From: Candidatus Moraniibacteriota bacterium | Lineage (GTDB): Bacteria; Patescibacteriota; Minisyncoccia; Moranbacterales; GWC2-37-73 | Reading direction: 5' to 3' | Length of the DNA: 64,000 nt | NCBI GenBank assembly: GCA_036845785.1 | Contig: DAIUDF010000003.1 | Coordinates: forward strand, 475-64,474 | In this document: positions 59,051 to 64,000 of the stretch, one piece after another | Layout of the letters: each line of letters starts with the position of its first letter | Numbering within the stretch: position 1 is the stretch's first letter | Translations under genes and position numbers: made by a program | Notes under the pieces: generated by a model | Databases searched by the model: none | Seen by the model: only the letters and a program-made list of their open reading frames with translations | What the model was told of the DNA's origin: nothing

Positions 59051-60100
59051 ATGCAAAAATATAAATCCAAAGTGGTTAAGGTCGGGCCGTATTTGTTAGG
59101 CGGAGACAATCCGGTCAGAGTGCAATCAATGTGCGACACCGACACCAGAAATGTGGCGGCAACAGTCAAGCAAATTTTAAAATTGGAAAAAGCCGGCTGC
59201 GAAATTATTCGCGTAGCGGTGCCAGATATAGTGGCGGCCAAAGCCATTGGCAAAATTAAAAAGAAAATCCACATTCCTCTGGTGGCTGACATTCATTTTG
59301 ACTACAAGTTGGCGTTGGAATGCGTGGCACAAGGCATAGACAAAATCAGGATTAATCCGGGCAATATCGGCTCACGAGAAAAAGTTGAAGCCGTGGTCAA
59401 GGCCTGCAAGGCTAAAAAAATTCCAATCCGAATCGGGGTCAATGTCGGTTCGATTGAAAAAGATTTACAGAAAAAATACGGACCAACTCCCAGAGCAGCC
59501 GTGGAATCGGCTCTGCGTCATGTCAAAATTCTGGAAGATTTGAAATTCTATGATATTTTGATTTCCATTAAATTCAGCGATGTGCCGCAGATGGTGGAAG
59601 GCTATCGCTTGCTTTCTAAAAAAGTAAATTATCCACTGCATCTTGGAATCACGCACGCCGGCACGGCCTATATGGGAACAATGAAAAATGCTATTGGCAT
59701 TGGCACGCTTTTGGGAGAAGGCATTGGTGCGACTATTCGCGTTTCTCTCACCGCTGATCCATGCGAAGAAATCAAAGCCGGCTTTGCAATTTTGAACGCG
59801 ACGGGCGTCAGAAAATTTGGTCCGGAACTTATTTCTTGTCCGACTTGCGGCCGCACGGAAATCGATCTTATCGGCTTGGCTAAAAAAGTGGAAAAAGTTT
59901 TGGCTGGCATCAAAAAACCAATCACTGTGGCAGTTATGGGTTGTGTGGTCAACGGTCCAGGGGAAGCGCGCGAAGCTGACATTGGCATTGCCGGCGGCAA
60001 GAAAGCCGGAGCGATTTTTGTGAAAGGGAAAGTAATTAAATCTGTTCCGGAAAATAAGCTTCTGACTGAATTTCTTAGGGAACTCAGAAAAATTGCTTAA
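59051..60100 (+). CDS. ispG: 4-hydroxy-3-methylbut-2-en-1-yl diphosphate synthase (IspG/GcpE)
   Basis: A TIM-barrel N-terminus and a C-terminal CPTCGRTE…GCVVNGPGE 4Fe-4S motif. Confidence 0.9.
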   Translation: MQKYKSKVVKVGPYLLGGDNPVRVQSMCDTDTRNVAATVKQILKLEKAGCEIIRVAVPDIVAAKAIGKIKKKIHIPLVADIHFDYKLALECVAQGIDKIRINPGNIGSREKVEAVVKACKAKKIPIRIGVNVGSIEKDLQKKYGPTPRAAVESALRHVKILEDLKFYDILISIKFSDVPQMVEGYRLLSKKVNYPLHLGITHAGTAYMGTMKNAIGIGTLLGEGIGATIRVSLTADPCEEIKAGFAILNATGVRKFGPELISCPTCGRTEIDLIGLAKKVEKVLAGIKKPITVAVMGCVVNGPGEAREADIGIAGGKKAGAIFVKGKVIKSVPENKLLTEFLRELRKIA

Positions 60101-60142
60101 AAACTTTTATTCAAATCATTATTTAAATTGTGCAAAATAAAT

Positions 60143-60171
60143 GCGGCGGTCTCTCTTTGAGAGACCGCCGC
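60143..60171. terminator. Bidirectional Rho-independent terminator between convergent ispG and the minus-strand hydrolase gene
   Basis: gcggcggtctctc-ttt-gagagaccgccgc, a perfect 13-bp stem, with tggttttg on the plus side and an A-run on the minus side. Confidence 0.8.
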
Positions 60172-60181
60172 TGGTTTTGAG

Positions 60182-61500
60182 TTACAAAATTTCGTACTTA
60201 TACCTGTTGTCAGCACTTTTAGTTACTTTTACATAACCTACAATTATCGGGCTGCTATTACCACCTGAACCCTTTGCGGTAGCAAGATTCGTCTTGCGAG
60301 TTACTGATCCAAATGGCGTAGAAATAGTAACCGTTGCAATTTCAGGTCCAGATCCTCTGTAATAATTTACTCCAATAGTGTATGTTCCAGTTTCCAAACC
60401 GGAACATGTGGTGAAATAATGCTCTGGCCCATAAGAATCAACATCATCAACATCCAAAGAGCCTACCTGTCCTTGTTTATTGCTATAAAAAACATGTGTG
60501 CCATCAGGTTCAAGAACATGTAAATCAACATCTGGTTGAGCTCCCCACGTGAGTGTTACAGTAATTGGACCTTGCGATCCTTGTCCTTCGGGCAAAGAAA
60601 GCGATGACATGGCAGAATGCATCAATTGTATCAACTCGGCCCGTCCCTCATGTTCAGAATTTAAATAGATAGATCTTAGGCCATGGCCTAAAACATCATC
60701 TGTCGAAAGGCTAATTGTGAAATTTGCCGCTAAGACAGACAATTCCAAAGAACGAAGCCCTTTGATAACCAAATCATTTGTTGAGGTCAGATATTTCCCG
60801 TTGCCGGCTACATAGGCGGCAGGCGAAGCAATTCCAACAATTTTAATAGCTGTTGTAGGAATAGCATTTTCGCCCGTAGTCAATTTTTTGTAAGCGGCAT
60901 TGGCATAAAGGTTTCCCTGTGAGTGGGGAACCAAAAGAATTTTTTGATTTTCTGTGATATTGCTTCGGATTGCTCCGAGAATATCCTGGAGATCATCGTC
61001 GCTATAATCTAAATACCACATAAATAAAATAAAAACTTATGGGTATTTAGATCATCGTCGCTATAATCTAAATACCCATAAGTTTTTATTTTATTTATGT
61101 GGTATTTAGTTATAAAATCCTGGAATGCCTGAGAAATAGTGTTTCCGAAAATGCTTCTGGTAATAGCTCTGAAAATAAGTTCGCTGGCTATACCAGGATA
61201 TTCACTGATTTTTTGCTTGAACACGTCTGCCAAATCAGACAAAGCTCCATGAGTTGGGTTATAAGCCAGAATCACTTTCACCCCCGTGTTGTTGTAAGTT
61301 GATCCAATGGCCGGGGCTAATACTTTTTTGGCGCTAATGCGGGCATCCCTTTTCAGCGTATTTATGCCATTAATATGAACAACGAGATAGCCTGATTGGG
61401 AACATGAATTGGCTGCTTCCGCATTACAATAAACAAAGAGAAAAAAAGAAACAATCAAAACCGGGAAGAACAATCTGTGACAAGCCGTATGCTTAAGCAT
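60182..61500 (-). pseudogene. Secreted alpha/beta-hydrolase (lipase-like GHSQG) fused to a pre-peptidase C-terminal (PPC) domain, split into two ORFs (61009..61500 and 60182..61021) by a 60-bp palindromic duplication
   Basis: The upstream ORF ends …YGYLDYSDDDLNTHKFLFYLCGI* and the downstream ORF begins MWYLDYSDDDLQDILG…. Removing one repeat unit restores a continuous reading frame. The upstream ORF has a signal peptide and an AGGAGG SD. Confidence 0.6.
60991..61109. repeat. Direct duplication of gatcatcgtcgctataatctaaatac, each copy followed by one of two mutually reverse-complementary 27-mers (cacataaataaaataaaaacttatggg / ccataagtttttattttatttatgtgg)
   Basis: Read from the sequence. The structure resembles a hairpin-mediated inverted duplication. 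Confidence 0.7.
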
Positions 61501-61533
61501 GATTACCTCCTATCCTTGTAGTTTTTTTGTTGT

Positions 61534-62097
61534 TTAATTCGGCAGTGAATCCGGATCGAAATCGCAAACGCTATAAACAGTGTCATCAGGAGAGGAAACA
61601 GTAAACACTTTCCCATCGAGAAATTTTTCATAACGAAGTTCGGCTTCCAAGCGTTCGGGCGTGTTGACAGTCTTTTCCCCTACTATTTCAAGAGGCGAAT
61701 TTGAACTGTATTCTTCTTCATCCAAAAATGTTACACAGCTTAAACTGCGTATGATTTGCGGCTCAAAGTTAATAGCCTCAGTCTCGGTGTTTATTTTCGT
61801 ATAAGCGTCCTGAAGCGATTTGGCATATTGCGTCAAAGCCGCTCTTTTTTTGGCCGAGTTTGGATAGGCAGCGTTGATGTATTGCTGAATGTCATTTCGG
61901 ATGCCGTTTTCGTTTATAGCATTCGGATCAGTGGTGCTGATAGGAGTTTCGGTGGAAGTAGTAGAAGGAGTGGATGGTGGAATACCGGCAGGACTGCCTC
62001 CGCCCCCGCTGCAACCCGCAAAAACTGTTAAAAATCCAGTTAACAAAAAAACAAACAACATAGCATAAAACATGTCTTTGATTTTTCTCTTTAACAT
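61534..62097 (-). CDS. Predicted secreted lipoprotein (signal peptide plus lipobox …FAGC, then a Ser/Thr/Pro-rich linker)
   Basis: ORF from the track, with an AAGGAG SD. Confidence 0.5.
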   Translation of the reverse strand: MLKRKIKDMFYAMLFVFLLTGFLTVFAGCSGGGGSPAGIPPSTPSTTSTETPISTTDPNAINENGIRNDIQQYINAAYPNSAKKRAALTQYAKSLQDAYTKINTETEAINFEPQIIRSLSCVTFLDEEEYSSNSPLEIVGEKTVNTPERLEAELRYEKFLDGKVFTVSSPDDTVYSVCDFDPDSLPN

Positions 62098-62292
62098 AAT
62101 TTTTCTCCTTTTGATTTTGTTTTGTTTATTTCTAGCAGTTTTTTGAACTAATGACTTTATCTAACCTCCTTTCTTAATTTTCAAAATAACTTATTTTAAA
62201 TTGATACAATATCAATTTATATTAAAAAACAGAATATGTCAAAAACTTTTTTCTTATGCAGCATTTTACTCAGGATATAACACAAGGCTTGA

Positions 62293-62358
62293 CCCCGCAC
62301 TAACTTTGCACCGGCTTTGCCAATTAGCGCTTCGCGCTTGTGCAAAGTTAGTGCGGGG
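62293..62358. repeat. 19-bp inverted repeat hairpin (ccccgcactaactttgcac … gtgcaaagttagtgcgggg) with the same arms as the GIY-YIG cassette at 92-379, but no ORF inside
   Basis: Read from the sequence. Confidence 0.7.
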
Positions 62359-62387
62359 TTGACAAATGCCTATTTTAGGAGTATAAT
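62359..62387 (+). promoter_or_regulatory. Perfect consensus promoter (TTGACA-N17-TATAAT) directly abutting the hairpin
   Basis: Hexamers read from the sequence. Confidence 0.6.
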
Positions 62388-62390
62388 AGA

Positions 62391-62411
62391 AAGTTACCAT
62401 CGTGGTAACTT
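62391..62411 (+). promoter_or_regulatory. Perfect palindrome aagttacca-tcg-tggtaactt at the predicted transcription start (operator-like or 5'UTR hairpin)
   Basis: Read from the sequence. Confidence 0.4.
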
Positions 62412-62468
62412 TTTAAAATAGTAAATTTCAAAATTGAATATAACATACAGAAAAGGAGAGTAAGAAGA

Positions 62469-63293
62469 ATGAAAAAGACAGTTTTAGTTGTTGCAATGGT
62501 TATGATGATTTTTTCGGCCAGTTTTGCTAAGGCCGAGGAAGAAATTACGAAACCGGAACCAATGTTTAGCGTTTCTGGCGAACTTTTTGTCAGAAGCGCG
62601 TATGTCGGGGATGACGGGAGTGTGTATTACAGAGGATTAGTCATTCAGCCCAGTATTATAATTTCTCACAATCCTAGTGGATTTTATATTGGGATGTGGG
62701 GATCGGGCGCTCCCGGAAAAAACCCAACGTCGGATAATGGTGAAGGGAATAATTTTGGAAACGAGGTTGATTTTTTGGCAGGGTGGGGAAAAGAAATCGG
62801 CAAGGCAACTATCAACTTTGATTACGCCTATTACAAGCTATTCCCATTGAATAAATGGGGAACTGGCGACATTCATTCGATCAGTGTAAAAGTCGGGTAC
62901 GCCTTAACAGAAAAAGTTAATCCCTACGTTAAAGTAATTTATGATCACGTAGTTGATCAAGCTGAACAGAACGGTTTTATTTACCGATTCGGAGCAGTTT
63001 TTTCTTTACATGAGCATTTGAAGGTTGATATTTCTTTCGGTGGGCATGGTCCCATATTTGGTGCTAGAGAAGAATGGATCAGTTCGGGGAAAATTTCAGT
63101 ATCGTTCCCATACGATATTGTAAAAGACAAAATAGTAATTCCCGAAAAGTTTGATGGAGTCAGTATACCAGTCAGAGAAAAATTGTTCACAATCGTTCCG
63201 GAGATTAGTTATCAGCAGCGATTCGGATACGAAGTAGAAGACGGTGGCCTTGCAGAAAGTATTCTATATGCAGGCCTAGGATGCACATTCTAA
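62469..63293 (+). CDS. Secreted beta-rich protein with an outer-membrane beta-barrel-like C-terminus (…YAGLGCTF)
   Basis: Signal peptide MKKTVLVVAMVMMIFSASFA, an alternating hydrophobic pattern, a terminal aromatic residue and a strong SD (AAAGGAGAG). Confidence 0.45.
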   Translation: MKKTVLVVAMVMMIFSASFAKAEEEITKPEPMFSVSGELFVRSAYVGDDGSVYYRGLVIQPSIIISHNPSGFYIGMWGSGAPGKNPTSDNGEGNNFGNEVDFLAGWGKEIGKATINFDYAYYKLFPLNKWGTGDIHSISVKVGYALTEKVNPYVKVIYDHVVDQAEQNGFIYRFGAVFSLHEHLKVDISFGGHGPIFGAREEWISSGKISVSFPYDIVKDKIVIPEKFDGVSIPVREKLFTIVPEISYQQRFGYEVEDGGLAESILYAGLGCTF

Positions 63294-63319
63294 TAAGAAT
63301 GATGCTTGTAAAGATAAAA

Positions 63320-63358
63320 GACTGTGGTTGCGAGAAACTCGTGGCCATGGTCTTTTTT
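63320..63358 (+). terminator. Rho-independent terminator
   Basis: gactgtggttgcgag-aaa-ctcgtggccatggtc (a 15-bp stem that includes G·U pairs) followed by tttttt. Confidence 0.5.
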
Positions 63359-63410
63359 ATTTTTCTAAAAAACAATATTGTGATATAATAATTGGAGATA
63401 AAAATATTTT

Positions 63411-63734
63411 AATTTTAAGTAATACTACAGGGTATGCCCTGTAGTGATACTTTAAATGAATTATGTTCTACATATATGTTTTAGAAAGTTTGAAAAATAA
63501 AAAGCTCTATTTTGGTTATACAAAAGATCTAAAGAAAAGAATAGAAGAACATAATTCTGGAGAAAATTTTTCCACCAAGCCATATGCTCCTTGGAAGCTA
63601 ATTTATTACGAGGCTTGCTTGGAAAAAGACGATGCGACAAGAAGAGAGAATTATCTAAAAACAACTCAAGGTAAAAAAATGTTAAAGTTAAGGTTAAGTA
63701 AATATTTTAATTTAAAGTAATACTACAGGGTATG
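63411..63734 (+). mobile_element. Second GIY-YIG mini-cassette flanked by 26-bp direct repeats (aattt[t/a]aagtaatactacagggtatg at 63411-63436 and 63709-63734). The left copy extends into the hairpin ctacaggg-tatg-ccctgtag, and the stop codon lies in the right repeat.
   Basis: Read from the sequence. Confidence 0.5.
63463..63720 (+). CDS. GIY-YIG family nuclease (paralog of 119..373, about 45-50% identity)
   Basis: MFYIYVLESLKNKKLYFGYTKDLKKRIEEHN…. Confidence 0.7.
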   Translation: MFYIYVLESLKNKKLYFGYTKDLKKRIEEHNSGENFSTKPYAPWKLIYYEACLEKDDATRRENYLKTTQGKKMLKLRLSKYFNLK

Positions 63735-64000
63735 GATAAAAAATCAAAATTGCTGATAGCAATTGTAACAATGCTAATATTGATTTCAATTCTGATCACT
63801 TTTTGGCGGATCATGATTAAACGTGATTATATTATTGAAAATCAGATTGATTGCGATCCGACAATCGACGCCTGTTTCATTTGGGAATGCGATCCCGAAT
63901 CAACGGTCGAAGGTGAAGCTTGCACCGGCGATCCGGAAATGGACAGCTGGTACTATCAAATTGCCAGAAGAAATGCAGCCAAAATTCCAATGTGTGATCC
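63732..64000 (+). CDS. Partial (3'-truncated) membrane-anchored Cys-rich protein
   Basis: ATG at 63732, then a TM helix (LLIAIVTMLILISILITFW) and CDPTIDACFIWECDPE…CTGDPE. The ORF is open to the window end. Confidence 0.3.
   Translation, partial: MDKKSKLLIAIVTMLILISILITFWRIMIKRDYIIENQIDCDPTIDACFIWECDPESTVEGEACTGDPEMDSWYYQIARRNAAKIPMCD

Overview
This is a compact, low-GC (about 35%) bacterial chromosome segment read almost entirely on the plus strand. Several hallmarks point to a Candidate Phyla Radiation / Patescibacteria (Parcubacteria-like) genome: a four-subunit porGDAB pyruvate:ferredoxin oxidoreductase, multiple tiny GIY-YIG genes, a 23S-IVS-type four-helix-bundle protein, tRNAs without encoded CCA, an insertion-bearing RNase P RNA, and sparse SD usage. 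In order, the window holds:
- mraZ-rsmH-ftsL-ftsI-murF, then tRNA-Glu
- polyprenyl synthase, uppS, trxA, trxB, yjbQ, pcm, mltG
- mreBCD-mrdA followed by a radical SAM/SPASM gene where rodA would be expected
- rnpB (RNase P RNA) carrying a ~150-nt helix insertion
- a sugar phosphotransferase, then khpA-trmD-ftsW-murG-murC
- a DUF2207 gene, a LigB-family gene and an RNase H gene
- a MacAB-like ABC exporter whose ATPase is separated from its two permeases by a Bro-N/DinD-like gene and a 659-aa unknown protein
- MarR plus an RND efflux triad
- the por operon, interrupted twice by extra genes
- tRNA-Thr with a duplicated 3' fragment, then a ZIP transporter
- prfB, which needs the classic +1 programmed frameshift, then ftsEX, glyQS, speH and an MFS transporter
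- a TrpR-like YerC, a HisI-like gene, a tandem-Trp leader peptide and standalone trpB
- a methyltransferase, ispG, and an accessory-looking 3' end: a split hydrolase-PPC pseudogene, a lipoprotein, a beta-barrel-like secreted protein and a second GIY-YIG cassette.
Three repeat families recur in the intergenic regions: a ~110-nt hairpin-prone element, AAATACN heptamer arrays abutting start codons, and cacaga/ttctgtg dyads (noted at 43541-43610 and 50110-50200, not analysed further). No CRISPR array, rRNA or reverse transcriptase was seen.
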